From Pecten maximus (Eukaryota): a stretch of DNA of 64,000 bases. The first letter of the stretch is position 1. Each line of letters starts with the position of its first letter. This document shows positions 41,201 through 55,488 of the stretch, piece by piece. The stretch is from the NCBI RefSeq assembly GCF_902652985.1, contig NC_047031.1:13702001-13766000 (forward strand), read 5' to 3'. Made by a program: the position numbers and the translations under genes. A model generated the notes under the pieces. The model had not been told where the DNA came from, made no database searches, and saw only the letters and a program-made list of their open reading frames with translations.

Positions 41201-43646
41201 AACATTACCTCACTATGCCATAGTTTTTGAATACATACACTTATATATACATGTATATTAACAGATTTTTTATGAAAAATTATAAACATATTTCTTCCAT
41301 TTTGCACTGGCTAGGGTTTTTGTAGGAATATGATGGAATGTATTTCAGCCTCAGTTGTGTTACATTATCATTCTTTCACAGAATTCAGAAATTAGAAAAA
41401 AATCATCACATATACCACTATACAGAGTGGGCATATTTGGTCCTGATTGTACAGCTGATTATAAACATACAGCTTAATTGGGGAGTAAAATTAGCATTAA
41501 TCTTTGCATAATGAGAAATACACCAAGGTAATGTGATTGATGTGTTCATATTATGACATGTACAGTGTATGAGTGACATACAAAAATGTGCACAGTAGTT
41601 TTAAAATCTGCTGCTTTAACAGTTTCTATCTCAAGTTGTACTCACAGGGACATGATACATTACAATGACTCTGGGGTCATTCCATGAGATATTTTTTTAT
41701 CATTACTGCTCATGATAATGTGTCTTGCCCTTATGTTTGTACTTGGGCTGCGCTTGTGAATAAAAATTAACTGCAGGATAGAGAAATATCTGATTAACAG
41801 TTACCTGTCAAACTTTTCACAATATCTCCTTGATTGAAATGTCTTGAGCAAACAACAGTAGAATCTGTCACCTACAAAGGACAGAAATTATAATTAATAA
41901 TACACTAAGTATTATACAATACACTTGCTTTAAATAGTCACATCCCCGGTAGATACAGTCAAATAAGCGAAGCTTCCGACGACATGGCCGAGAAACAGTG
42001 CAAATACTGTATACAAGCTTATTACATGTACTGTCATAATATACCATGTATTGTACAGCGCCCGCCCCGGCGATATTTCATGGGGACATTTAAAGACAGG
42101 GTAAATATATTCTATATCCTCTGGCAATCACACGGGAACAAAACGGTTGAGAATACATACATGCTTAACTATAAGCTTACGGTCGATATATTTTGGTATA
42201 AACCGCATATACAGTAAAACTCGGATAAGTCGAAGTCGACGGGACCAAGCAAAATATTCGACTTATCCGATGGTTCGACTTATCCGTGTTCGTGTGTTTA
42301 CGGAAACAAAATATCCGACTATCATGGGTTGTATGCAGAACAAGTGTTTGATAACATAGTCGAAAATAAGCAATAAATAATAACAAAGAAATTGATAAAT
42401 TATACATGGAAAGAATTATCCCTTTATCTAATAAACAATATTGTGCAAAGTTTAAAATCAAAACAGTTCATGAGTAGGCTAAAATCCTCTCTTTGACATA
42501 GATACGCGATTTACACACGGGAGTCGTACAATGACATCATAATATTCTATGAAAACGATACATACATTATAAGAATATAAATGTATATATTGTACTAACA
42601 TTATTAATTATCTTGAAATCCGTTCATATTGTTCTACAATTTAACAATATTAAACAGGAAAATTGATCGACCGTACGCGTGCTGATTTTGTATCAAAGGT
42701 GAAGGCCGCGGTCAATGTTTATCGGCTGCATGATATGCATTGCCACGATCTTTTGAACAGAGTAAAAACATCCCGCATATCATTTTACTATTGCATCGTC
42801 GTATTCAGAATTTAGGCATATATAAATAAATCAATGACAGGCAAGTATTTTATCTGCATTTTTCGATGGAAGATATGTAATTTATCGTTTACTTTTTCCT
42901 ATTTTTTTCGGCGGCCATGGGTATCAAAAAAGTAAACAGAACACATATTGGTTTGTAGACTAAAACGTGCTCATTTTTTTCTTAGTTATGTATACCTTAA
43001 CTTTTTACTTCACCCGTGCACCTGTATAAACAATGGGATGATGTGCGACCGACAGCCGGGAACTAACAATAGGCTTTGGTAACACCGTTACTGTTGATCG
43101 GTCACACTCGGTCAATCAGGCGAGGTCAGCAAATTTTACCTGAGACAGCATGACGACTCGATGTTCGACACAAAAATGGAAATTTTGGTATAGTTTAGAA
43201 AGGAGGGACCACAAAATATATTCGACACAACCGCAGTATTCGATTCAACAGTGTTCGATTCATCCGTGCTTAATTTACTAAGATAAAGAAGGGGGAAAAT
43301 CGGGACCGAACGAAACGTTCGACTTATCCAATGTATTCGATTCAACCGTGTTCGACACAAGTGAGTTTTACTGTATATAGCTATACGGACGGAAATAAAT
43401 ATATCGTTCTTATTGCCAATGTCTAATGACCCAATTTTGTGATTTGTTTTTATGTGTTTGGTCAACTTTACTTACTTTAAAATTCAGGCCCTCATCACGT
43501 CTGATCTTTATGATCCATTGCTTCCTCAATTCCTTGTCCTGTGGAAGACGATGGAATGACAAGCCATCGTGTCGTCTGCTGTCCCCATTGCACTTGGGCA
43601 CACAGCAGTGAAAGTTCGTCTTCAGCTTTTTCTCTGTGGCGTCCAT
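38236..43646 (-). CDS. THAP + HTH + DDE (Harbinger/ISL2EU-type) transposase, about 480 aa
   Basis: Exons 43646-43476, 41871-41805, 40644-40542, 39613-39496, 39219-38236 total 1443 nt and are open. THAP: CCVPKC..SFHRLP..W..VCSRHF..LKKGTIP. FYTGF, LAQRFCVSQSTVSRI. Catalytic triad ILDCTE / MADKGF / IHVERAI. Confidence 0.92.
42212..43373. mobile_element. Tc1/mariner (pogo/Tigger-like) MITE nested in transposase intron 1
   Basis: Ends CAGTAAAACTC..TCGAA / TTCGA..GAGTTTTACTG, TA on both sides, repeated subterminal 'ttcgac' motifs. Confidence 0.85.
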
Positions 43647-43761
43647 AACTACTGTTGCCGAGGAAGAAGCACCCTGAACCTCGTTTTGAAAACCGGAAGT
43701 CGTCTCGCGTGAATAGAGCCTATTTGTACACCTTCTATATTCTTATTCGTATTCTTATAAA

Positions 43762-44732
43762 TAACAGGACGCCCAGAGGGCATGTATTGCTGGCATGGAT
43801 ATTGCAGTAATTCTTGCAAAACACATTTCTACAGAGGAAGAATGATTTCAAAACAATTTCCCTTATTGGGACGCCGCTTGGTTCCACTTCAACCGAAGAT
43901 GCTTTAGATCAAACATGGATGAAATCAATTATCTCTATTATGACGAAGGATTTACTTCTGTTTTCCCTATTGGCACTTCGCCCCCGGGGCGCCAGTAGCC
44001 ATTTATGCAGAATTTGGTCTAAATCCATTCACTCGTTCATGACTAGTAGCGATTTAAAAGACTTACTTTTAGTTCCCCTATTGGGCCCCAACCCTCCGGC
44101 TTCAAAGGGTCAGTTACCATTTACGCAACTAACTATATTTCCGTAAATGGTAATTTTTCAATCGCCACTTTTTATGTTAATATATGTGGATACATATAAC
44201 ATTTTTAAATCGCTAATAGTCGTGAACGAATTAATTAATTTGGTTCAACTATTGAGCCACGCCCCGATCCGCCTCTCCTGCTGTAGAGAACCAGTTACAA
44301 TTTATGCATAATTTGGTCCAAATCAATTCATTCGTTCATAACTAGTAGCGATTGAAAAGACTTAGCCCTATTCCTACTTCTTGCCCCCGCCCCTACGGGA
44401 CTACATGACCAGAGTTACCATTCATGAAAAATTGTCCCCTTCCCCAAAGGATGCATCTGAACAAATTTGGTTCAAATCCTTTTACTCGTTAGTAGCGATT
44501 GAAAGGACACCAATATTTCCTCTATTTTGCCCCACCTATCCCAGGCAGGCCAGTGTCACCATTTATGCCATTTTCCCGCTTTTCTAATGAATGCATTTTG
44601 AGCGAATTGAGTCAAAATTATTTTCTCGTTGATGACTAGTAGCGAATTCAAAGACATATTAACAGACGGACTAACGACAGATACCGTGACACAACATAAG
44701 CGCACCGGTCCGTTGAACCAGGTGAGCTAATT
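43762..44732 (-). mobile_element. Degenerate Helentron/HINE-like element
   Basis: Diverged internal repeats ('aatttggt..aaatc..ttca.tcgttca..actagtagcgatt' about x4), a gacggac-type microsatellite remnant and terminal 'accggtccgttgaaccaggtgagctaa'. Confidence 0.55.
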
Positions 44733-45214
44733 AATCATTATCACGATAAAATTCTGTCCATTAAGAAAGGATGTCACGAACCTTTTTAGCATAGAGTCAT
44801 TACATTAACTGGATAAAAACAGGATTTGTTTAACGTCCCACCAATGCAACAATGTCTTTTGAGGACGGTTCTTAAGTAATGCCTTGTTATTACAAGGATA
44901 TCGGTACAACAAAGTATAAAACATAACACTGGTATTTACGATAAATAATATAAGTTAATGGAATGTAAGTTTTAATTATCACAGAATGATTATTCCAGGA
45001 GGAAATCCACAAATGATAGGGTCATTGGCGCGGACCACTTGATAACGTCATCATACTTAAATGCCACATCTGGAAATGGTAGCGTGGCCCCTAAACCCTG
45101 TCTAATACACTTCGTGTTGTAATGTTAATTTGAGAGACAGTATGTGTGTTTTTGTTATGGAATTAACACAATCACGGTACAATGTTCTCTGTAAGGTATT
45201 TACTGTGGCTGAGA

Positions 45215-48200
45215 TCATTGAAACTTTTTCATCCTTAGATTAAAATAATCCAGAACTGGATTAATTGGAGTGACTAGTGCGGACCCGGTGTTATCGACTG
45301 CTACTAGTACGCCGATTGAGACCAAAGATTTGTCCTCTAATCGTTGGAACACTGCCCCACCGGAATCGCCACGTTGAGCTAAAGGGGGAAGTTTGCAATC
45401 CGGTTCACCACATTGGCTGTTGTCTATAAAATGCATGCCCCGATATCTTTCATTTGCTTCTGTCCGCCCACATACTTTGTCTGTGAATTGGACGCTAGAA
45501 CTGTTTCGATATTTACCAATGGTCGGACCTGAGACACCTCCAAATATAATGGTATTATTGCCAGCTGTATGGTCTTTGCGTTTGTCATTGTCTGACTTTT
45601 CGCGTTCGGCTTCTTCCGAGACAGATGTTGGGTGTTTGTCTGCCTCTGGGTCACATGTCGGATTTCCTTTCTTTCCGGTGTCGAATGTTGGTTCCATGTC
45701 GGGATAACCTGCAACACATTAAGGATATTGCCATTACTCTCCGTGTTACTTGTAAATTGTTTGATTTTATACCCAGTGGTCATCTTGATAAGGCTTAATC
45801 TGTATTTGACCTAGATTTGTATAACGGGCGTCGGGACCTAGATTTGTATGACAGTAGTCGTCGTGACTTAGATCGGTATGGCCGATGTCGTTGTGACCTA
45901 GATTTGTATGGCGGGCGCCGTCATTGAAGCCCAAGGCGCTTACTCTATCGGTACACTTAAATAACGTTATTATTTTTCTCTGCTATTTTGGTTACGAAAA
46001 GTGACACTTGTTTAACAAAATGCAAATTTATATTGTTTTTAAAACAATGCTTTCGAAATTCAACATTGTCCCAATTATCTGTTTTTATTGCTGTCACCTC
46101 ATTGTTCATATGTTTCCCAACATTAATTCATGCAGATATTGAACGGTTACTACTTCTGATTACAATGATTGCCTTCCTTATATGCGCGATGCATGAGCGT
46201 GGTATGTTAGTGTTACATGTTTCGGGAGGCTGCAGTATATGTGTCTTTATCTCCTTGTGATAATTTTATGTCTGGTAAATTGGTACGACTAAAAAGAATA
46301 CTTACCAATTTTTTTGAACTGATGTTTTTCATATGCAGTAAATAGGCCCTGCTGAGGTTTTCTCTCTTTTTTGGTAATTTCCACAACGGCGATGTCTATC
46401 GATGTGTCCCTTTCAATGGCGTAGTCCCATTTTATCACTCGTCCGCACACCAGATCCACGTCTTGTTGGTTAGCGCCTGGACCATTTCCAGGCTGTAGCA
46501 TCAGGCGCTCACTACAACCGCGAGCATATACCTCCTCGACTCTTGTCCCTCCATATTTAGTATCAGAGAGTACATGTTCTTGTGAACTTCTGTTGGTTTT
46601 GGCCTTCTGTTGACACTCTTCTTTCGAGAACATCACATGTGCAGCTACAAGGCCACATAATCTGTTTTCATATTCCACAAATGGCCCTAAGGTTCCAAAC
46701 CGTGCTGTTCCGTCATTGGTTCGTATTGTGCATCCCATTTTCAATGGTACATGTTTGGCCAAAGGATTATCATCTCCTACAAGCCGAAAGTAACCTTCTC
46801 GAACATCAACAGGGACATATTGTCCGTCAACTAGGATTGAAGTCGGAAAATCAAGCTCGTTTTCGGGTATAAATGTTTTAAAAAGACAAAGTATCACGAC
46901 GCACGGTTGCCGCAGAAATTGCCCTTTACTATATTTGACCGGCGAAGACATGATTCCCCTGATGTTGGAATGCCTGTTCCACAATTTATCACAATCTTGT
47001 TTTATAGCTTTGTCAATCAGCACTTTTTCATCTTCCGATAAGAAATAGTCATTCTCGTGACAATGATGCAATACCACCCTTCCTTCATCTATTCCATCTT
47101 TTTCACAAATTTCTGGATCGCGAAACAGAACCCTGTAACCTGCTATACTTGTCTCCGCGCCGTGTGTCTTGGTTGTGCTGAAAACGACAAACACATTTTT
47201 CGCGTTGTGTTCACTTGGGTCTCGTAATCTGCCGAAAGCGACATGCTTGGGCTTGTGCTCGTGAGATAATTTCCCTCTAATGCCTCTAATTATAGCCTCA
47301 TTAGTCTTGCCTAAACTACTCTTAAGACATTTATCAATAATATAATTGTCTGTGTATTTAACCAGCATAGGGAGAACCTGATAATTGTCAAGATAAAACG
47401 CTAGTTCCATTGATGTAAACAGTTGTGGCAAACGTTTTTGAATGTCAGGAGGTATTTCGGCGCTTCCATTACTCGCCTGTTTCATGACATCTGCGCCATT
47501 GTTGTTTTCAATCATGCTTAAAAATGTTACTGGATCCTTGATCCCGTTTAATATATATTTGTGAAGAGAGGTCAACGGCAAAGAGGTATCAGGAAGTGGG
47601 CCTGTAACAGAAAATGTTCCCTTGATACGTTAAATCATCTCTAGATTTGTTTTTGGAAACAATCATTGTCATTCACCTCCTACACGTTCAATAAGATCCT
47701 TCTTCATTTCCCTTGTTTTCGATTTGAGAACGTGACATTATTTACATTTTCTATACTGATATTTGTCTTAGGATCTAGTGATTAAATTTGAATATGCCAT
47801 TTGTTTTCATTTTAGTTTTAAAAATCTTTTTAAATGTACATTAATTATTTCGTATATAATATATATATATATTCTGTTGTAAGTATGTAGTCTAAGTAAA
47901 AACATATCGTATCAAATAAGTAAAAACAAAATACATTTAAATTGAATTGAAAATTAAAATAGGTACTGTCAAATAGGGCATATATAACTATAATTATTGA
48001 TATTTTCATTACATTATATTGTAATCATTACTCAATTTCACCAATTTGTTGTTTGTTTTCATCAATAAAGATATTAAACTTCATGGTATGATTTTTTAAT
48101 TATATCATGTACTGTCACCATTATTTCCTTACATGTCATCAATACCTAGTTTGTTTTCCATGGTATATGGTGGTATTGGTATTGGATTATTATTGTCGTT

Positions 48201-49640
48201 TTATGAAGTTTTAGCATTATCTTATATGCTTTGTTCATGATTAATGGTGATGGTGTTCGAATTGTAATTGTTACACAATTCCGTCATTATACAATTAACA
48301 ACATCATTATATGATCACACAACTTCATAATGTCGTTGTACAACCTCTTTATGTTATTGTATAATTTCGTCATATATATTGAATGCGAATCTGACAATGT
48401 CTCCTACAATCATTATTAAACTGGCATTTTCACGGGGGTTACTTTTTTCTGTTAGGGACTATTCGCAACACAACTCCATGTACTGTTGTGCCAGTTCTCG
48501 TCAGTGACAAGGCAAAATTGAACCAAATGAAATATCACGTTTACCTTGGTTCACTAAAAAGTTTGTCGGAGCTATATCAATCATATAAAATGTTGTATAA
48601 TTATATAGCATATATTAAAATGTCGATTGATATAACCAGTTCACCGAATCATATAATATGATATAACTTAATAATATGACGGTACATTAAAGTAATTATT
48701 GATAAACCCAAATAAAAACACACTGATGACATCACAAAATATAATGATAAATTCAAATCAAATAATGAACAAAGCTTATAATATAATTAAACTAAATAAT
48801 ATGACGATAAATTTAAGTAATAAATTATAAAACTAAATTACGCAATGTAGGCATCATATCACATTAGGACACATTGAAATAATATTATAGTGACATCACA
48901 AATTAATGGCGAGTTCAAATCATACAATGAAATTCCTTGATATACTGAACATACAAATCCATATGGTATAGGAACAACCAACCAATTGAAAAAAATAGAC
49001 TTTTGAAACACCCCCTGTGTATAGAAAGTTTAGCATTCTCCATGCAATATTATGTGACAGCTATAGTGTTCCATAATTTAAGTCTGAATCAAAAATAATA
49101 TCGACAGTGTGTCCAAGGATATCATCAGGAAAGTTAATACGTGTACTCTTTTGAGAAGTAAAGTCAATAGTTAATTATAAAGTCTAGTGTGATACTCTGT
49201 ATTCAAAACGACTTACACTTACCTGTCAAGTAATATTCTATGTGCTTCACTAAAACATTGTTGTTTGTTTCCTTGGCTAGCTCCAGTACTGTTTTACCAG
49301 AAACTGTTTTTCCCTTCAGGTCAAATCCTACGGCTATTAACTTGTCAAATACCACCTTATCCCCACGGTTAGCGCACCAATGATGGAGAGCGTTAAATCC
49401 CTTTTGTTTGTCAGGTAACATTCCACTTTTGACACAATGCCGATGTTTTTCTAAAAGATGGAGCATCATTTTTTCATCAACAGAAATTGCAGCAGCATGA
49501 AGCACAGACGTTCCCCATCGCTTAGACCTATATGACACATCAATGCCACTTCTTACTACGGCGTCAAACTTGTCCACGTCCCCGCCGTGCGCATAGTTTA
49601 TCAAACTATCGCCCGTGTACCCGGGTGCAGCGCCCGCCAT
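45215..49640 (-). CDS. Ankyrin-repeat + NAL1-like trypsin-fold serine protease, paralog A, about 735 aa
   Basis: Exons 49640-49223, 47601-46306, 45708-45215 (2208 nt, phase 1/1 GT-AG), start context GCCATGG. ANK: GTSVLHAAA, GFNALHHWC, GKTVLELAK. Protease: FGTLGPFV, GLVAAHV (His), SIDIAVVEI (Asp), GGVSGPTIG, QRGDSGG (Ser). Confidence 0.88.
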
Positions 49641-52600
49641 GGCCTGAAAAGTAATGATATGGTTTTAGGTGCGAGAAATTCTACGTGTTCGTTTTGATTT
49701 TTGATATTGTATTACTTTTCCAGATAAAAGCTTGTGATTTTTGTAAGTTTCGAAAACAAAAACGTCATGTAAGAAAACAGTTATTGACCCGTTCTTAACT
49801 AAATACGAGAATTGATCAACAATTGTGAAAATAGGTCAATAATTGCTTATAACAAGTATCAATGATGGAAACGTTTTATTTTTCTGGGGATTATGGAAAT
49901 ATATTGTCTGTTATCTTTTTGCGGACCGCGGTTTCTTGTATAATCATACGTACGGGTACGTTTCAGGAAAATGAATGCAACCTACTTATATTTTGAATAT
50001 TAATGTATATATATAATTTTGAATGTGTGAGGTGAAAGGATATGGCCACTTACACTATGAAGTGTAACCAATTTGTGCGTCAAACCTTCACTGAAACAAT
50101 AGCCATTCTGATACATATGTCCCTGTATTTAGGGGTGTTGGTTTTGCTGGTAGTGGTTGTTTGTTTGGTTTTATTGTTCGACGACCTATCAATAGTTATT
50201 TTCACTATCTCCACTATGTGAGAGATGCATGCCTGTTGTGAATGAGTGTGTTTAGGAAGACGGTGATATGTTTATATTAAACTATTTGTGATATTTGTGA
50301 TAGCGCGGGGCTGATGCTGATTTAATAGTGCTATCTCTTGAAAGCATAATGTTCAGGAGGACATTTCACCCGGTCACATGTTACCGACTACCGGCGAACC
50401 AGTCGTCCTATGTGTTCAGCTTTATTCAAGAATTGTTACTACCGTTTAATAGTCTCTGGCTAAGGGGCAAAACCCAAAGCCTCTATCTCAGGGGCGAACG
50501 CCCAACTAAAAGGCCTAAAAAGTGCGATGTTATTACACAGGAAATTTGACCCATATCCTTTCATGTATTAATGAGTATGGTAATCAAACCTGCTCTGCTA
50601 TTTCTAGTATCTATTGAAATAATGAGTAAAACCTGAATGTCTGATTATAATGTTTATATCATGACAATTTGATAATATATTTGTTTTGTAAGTGTGTGTT
50701 AAGTTATATCGTTCACGTCTTGTTAATCTACATACCATCTAAAAGAAATCAATTCGTCTTACACAAACAAGCGTAACGAGGGTTGAAACGTTATTAAAGG
50801 AATACCTGTATCATTATGTCACAAGTAGATTGGCAAAAATACTTGCCGCGTCAGAATTTTCTCGTCTTTGAACCTATTATCTAAAGCTGAGGTAGTGACC
50901 TTTCCTTGTTGTATTTTCAGTGTGGATGATAATGTTATAGTATTTCCTACTTTCACTTTGTATATACTAAATATAACGAGTCGCATAATATACTGATGTA
51001 TATGTGGTATATTTAGATGATGTTGAATGTGTGTATGGATACATTATATGGTGTTTTTTTTGTTTTGTTTTTTGTGATGTTTTATATCATTCGATATATA
51101 GAATCATTAAGGGCCATCAGAAACAGAAATACATCAAAAAATCTGAAAATCACGCTGAGCATCTGACTGGTTGTTTTATCATTTAATGATAAAGAAAGAA
51201 GACTACGGTTTATAATTCAACAAATCACCAAAACAACATAAAGAAGAATATTATAGTATAAAAATGCCTGTTCAATCATATAATGATACAGGCCTATGAT
51301 ATTGACACTGCTGAACAAGTTAATAATTACCTACTTAATAACACAGCCACAAAACATTACCTATATATGTGAAACATTCATAGACATATGACACTTTACA
51401 CAAAAAAAAACGTAATTAGTAAATGTGGTTAAAATACTGTGGGCATTGCAGGTCAATTATCCGGTATAATAGAAACAAGGAATTGTGCTTACCACTTTCG
51501 AAGAGTATTACAAAAAAATAATAGACTTCTCTGGTAAATGATACATACTATATATGAGAAAATCGCCCTGCAAGATTTGGTTGTTGATCATGCAATCATG
51601 TGTTTTCTGTTTTGGTTTGTTAAGATACAATACACTGACTATAAAATCGTGTACATTTACCTGCACAGCACTTGAAATGGGGCGTTAAGTATGCATTTAC
51701 AAGTCTTACGACATAGTGTAAACAGATGATGTTTTCCTTCGCGACAGGACAGCAATACCACTGCTTCCTTGTTTAAACGCCCGAAATACGTCGACCTAAT
51801 TTCATTCCAGTGTATTTAGTTTCATTTTTAAAATACACCGACTAAGTTTAAAGATGAGTTTCGTTTTTGCATTGGATATAAAACTTTAATAAATCAAGAT
51901 TTACTATGATCTCCGACTGAAAAGATAAAAAATAAACTCATACCGGATTATGAAATCTAAAGTAAACAAAAGGCTGTTAAGTACCTAAGGTATGATCTAT
52001 ATATCAGTCGATTTGTCCTATTTCGGCCCCGCCGATTACCTTCCAGAGTCAAACGGGGCTAATATGTATATACAATATACACTCCAGCTGTCATCCAACA
52101 CTGATAATTCATAGTTTGTCTAAACCCTCCCCAGACGGAAACGTGATACCCAAAGGGTCATAGAATTTTAGTAATGTACCTTAGTACATTTCTATCTATG
52201 AGAAGTCAACTGGGGGGGATGGGTCTATACAAATCATCCGTTTGTTGATCTTAGGCTATGGAAGGTTTCTGTCAATTTCGATTCTAATCGGTTCAGCAGT
52301 TTTGGAGAAGCAGTCAAAAATGTAAAGTGATTACTAAAGGCCGAGGACGACGGACAAAAGGTGAATAGAATAGGTCACCTGACAGTTTGACAATTGTTTT
52401 TTCTCGTAAATAGTACAGCGCAGAGAATATGGATATCATTAAACGGGTTACAATAATGCATGGTAAAACAGGATGAGCATCACTCTTTTGAATTTATTAT
52501 CTAATTTGTATCAAAAATGAATTTTGACAATGAAATAAGTTAAATTGTGAGTTACACAATGGAATAAAGTACGAAGTTCAAATGTGTTTGGTCTTTTATA

Positions 52601-54714
52601 ATACACCTGAGATTATGTTGTCAGATGACCTTAAAACACATTCGACCAAAGTTAAAAACGGAAGGATGATAAACAATATCTTGCTCAAATATTGTCCAAT
52701 ATATCATTTTGTTTAAAACGATGTTACATTACACAATCTCCCAGGTGTAAACAATACATTGCTTGTCATTCTGATTTCCTGTGTAGTACTTAGAATACTA
52801 ACTATTTATTCAAAAATGGAATTGAAGGAAGAAGTTTACAAAAGAGTAGTGGTTCTTTCATTAACCTTTGTTTACATAGCAGACTTTAAGTGTTTGAAAT
52901 GACAGCAATCTTCATTGATAGGATATTATGTTGTGTTTTCCTACCCAATCTGATATTAACTGTATTTGAACCAGGGGATAACACCGATATCCAACTTTCG
53001 TTTCAGTAATTTCTTTCAGTTCCAAATTTCGGGTTTCCCATGTATACGTTGATAACATGAAAACTGGAGCAGTAATGGAATTTTACTTTCGTTTTGAATG
53101 GTAGATAACATAGTTTGTAACCTATCGCTGGAATTCCCCAAGTGTACGTAGTCCTGACAAAAGTGAGTATATTCATCTCGTAAAATATATATGTGGGTGA
53201 TACATGTCTAACCAATGATTCCTACCCAATTTGATGTTAACTACAATTGAACCCAATGATACATATGTCTACTTTCTTTTCGTTTCCAAATATCGGTATT
53301 TCCGAAAATACTTCAAAATATGAAAATTGAAGCAGTAATGAATTTTGAGATTCATCTCGGATGGCAAACAACTTAGTGTGTGTTTTTTTATTTATCTAAT
53401 TCTGGAATTCACAATGTATAACACTGGGCACCGCTGACAAGTCCTGGGATAGTTTTATACTAAATATTTGTGTTGTTTATTAATAATAATATAGCATGAT
53501 GCCGCTATTCACTTGTGTGTAGTTTGGACAATACTATTTCGCTTTATTTTTCTTGTACGTTAATGTCGTTAGCACGTTAGAGCATAACTGTTGTTACTTA
53601 TATTAACATACTTGCATCTAATTCTTAATGTCACGTCTAAAACTTATATAACAATATAAAAAAAATCATGCAAAAAAAAATGTTGTTACTACTATTAACA
53701 TACTTCTATCTGATGCTTAATGCCACGTCTAAAACTTATATAAGAATGTAAATAAAAATTATGCAAAAAAAAAAAAATTACAATTCTTTTAAATTCTAAA
53801 AGAAAAAAAAATACGAATAAATAAGTTAATAAAATCTTAGAATATACCGAACGGATAACGCATGCCAACCAACATCCTAGTACGATCCAAATATTATTTC
53901 TGTTATGATATTTTAGCTGTAGAAAACGACTGCGTTCGTGGGCAAATTAAATTAATTATTTGTGAAAAAGTTCACTGGAAAATCTTAATTACAAAAAATG
54001 TAGAGCAGATGCCTAAGGTTCTAATGTTAATTGAATACATTTTGATAATATATATACGCCTCCGCCTATCAAAGGTATTTTTATGCATTCCTACTACGGT
54101 CTGATTCTGTTATACAAAGCCATTATTGCCTAATGAAATAAACCTTTTTATTACACCAGTAAAATATCGAAAATTATTCATTCTGTAAAATGATATTTTT
54201 CAGTAATGATATTAGATATTTTAGTCTTGTCTTATAGGAAGATATAACAAAATGTAATACTGGTTTGAATGAAAGATAGGGAACTACTGCGTCCTCTGAA
54301 ATTTCGTCGTGTACGATATTTATATCCTCGTGAAATTTTAGGCTGATCTGACCTCCCCGATAGAGAATTTAAGTGACGAGTCGAACCTCCCATGAATATA
54401 CACGTACATAGGTATTTAACACTTTTCATTTTGGATCAACCTGCAATTGGCGAGGGTAATAAACGTACGTAATTTTCACAAACGACAGAGTGGTTCCCTA
54501 TCATCAACTTAACCATTATTACTTTCTATAACATATTTTTACTTTCCCTGGTAAGCGGGTCAATATCTTATCAATATAACTCACCCGCGCTACGTTGCTA
54601 TCAACATTATCAATAGAGAAGCATTAAATATATGTGAAATGTTTATAATTTTCTATCACAAATAACATTTAACAACATTTCATTGAGTGAATAAATGCTA
54701 CATACCCAGTGTAG

Positions 54715-55214
54715 NNNNNNNNNNNNNNNNNNNNNNNNNNNNNNNNNNNNNNNNNNNNNNNNNNNNNNNNNNNNNNNNNNNNNNNNNNNNNNNNNNNNNN
54801 NNNNNNNNNNNNNNNNNNNNNNNNNNNNNNNNNNNNNNNNNNNNNNNNNNNNNNNNNNNNNNNNNNNNNNNNNNNNNNNNNNNNNNNNNNNNNNNNNNNN
54901 NNNNNNNNNNNNNNNNNNNNNNNNNNNNNNNNNNNNNNNNNNNNNNNNNNNNNNNNNNNNNNNNNNNNNNNNNNNNNNNNNNNNNNNNNNNNNNNNNNNN
55001 NNNNNNNNNNNNNNNNNNNNNNNNNNNNNNNNNNNNNNNNNNNNNNNNNNNNNNNNNNNNNNNNNNNNNNNNNNNNNNNNNNNNNNNNNNNNNNNNNNNN
55101 NNNNNNNNNNNNNNNNNNNNNNNNNNNNNNNNNNNNNNNNNNNNNNNNNNNNNNNNNNNNNNNNNNNNNNNNNNNNNNNNNNNNNNNNNNNNNNNNNNNN
55201 NNNNNNNNNNNNNN
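54715..55214. other. Assembly gap, 500 N
   Basis: Run of N. Confidence 1.
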
Positions 55215-55249
55215 TGCCCCATCCCCAAAAAATTTAAAAAAGAGGTCCC

Positions 55250-55488
55250 CCGAAAACACTTTAAACGGAATCCGGATGAAAGACATGGATATATATTAAC
55301 TTACATAACTCATACGTGCATACCATCCCCAATAAAAGCGTGAAAACACTTTAACTGGAGACCGGATGAAAGACATGGATATATATTAACTTACATAACT
55401 CATACGTGCATGCCACCCCCGTCAAGAAGCGTGAAAACACTTTAAACGGAATCCGGATTGAAGACATGGATATATATTAACTTACATA
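55250..55488. repeat. About 90-bp tandem repeat, about 2.7 copies, next to the gap
   Basis: 'gaaaacacttta...gacatggatatatattaacttacata' at about 55252, 55342 and 55433. Confidence 0.85.

Larger units (their letters stand above)
35345..43721. mobile_element. ISL2EU (PHIS-group) DNA transposon, apparently full length
   Basis: 15-bp TIRs AGCCTCTATTCACGC / GCGTGAATAGAGCCT (14/15 match), AT on both flanks (35343-35344 and 43722-43723), and two convergent genes: THAP-DDE transposase and SWIM-YqaJ nuclease. Confidence 0.9.

Noticed and set aside
54669-55343. ORFs spanning poly-X
   Set aside because: Artefacts of the assembly gap.
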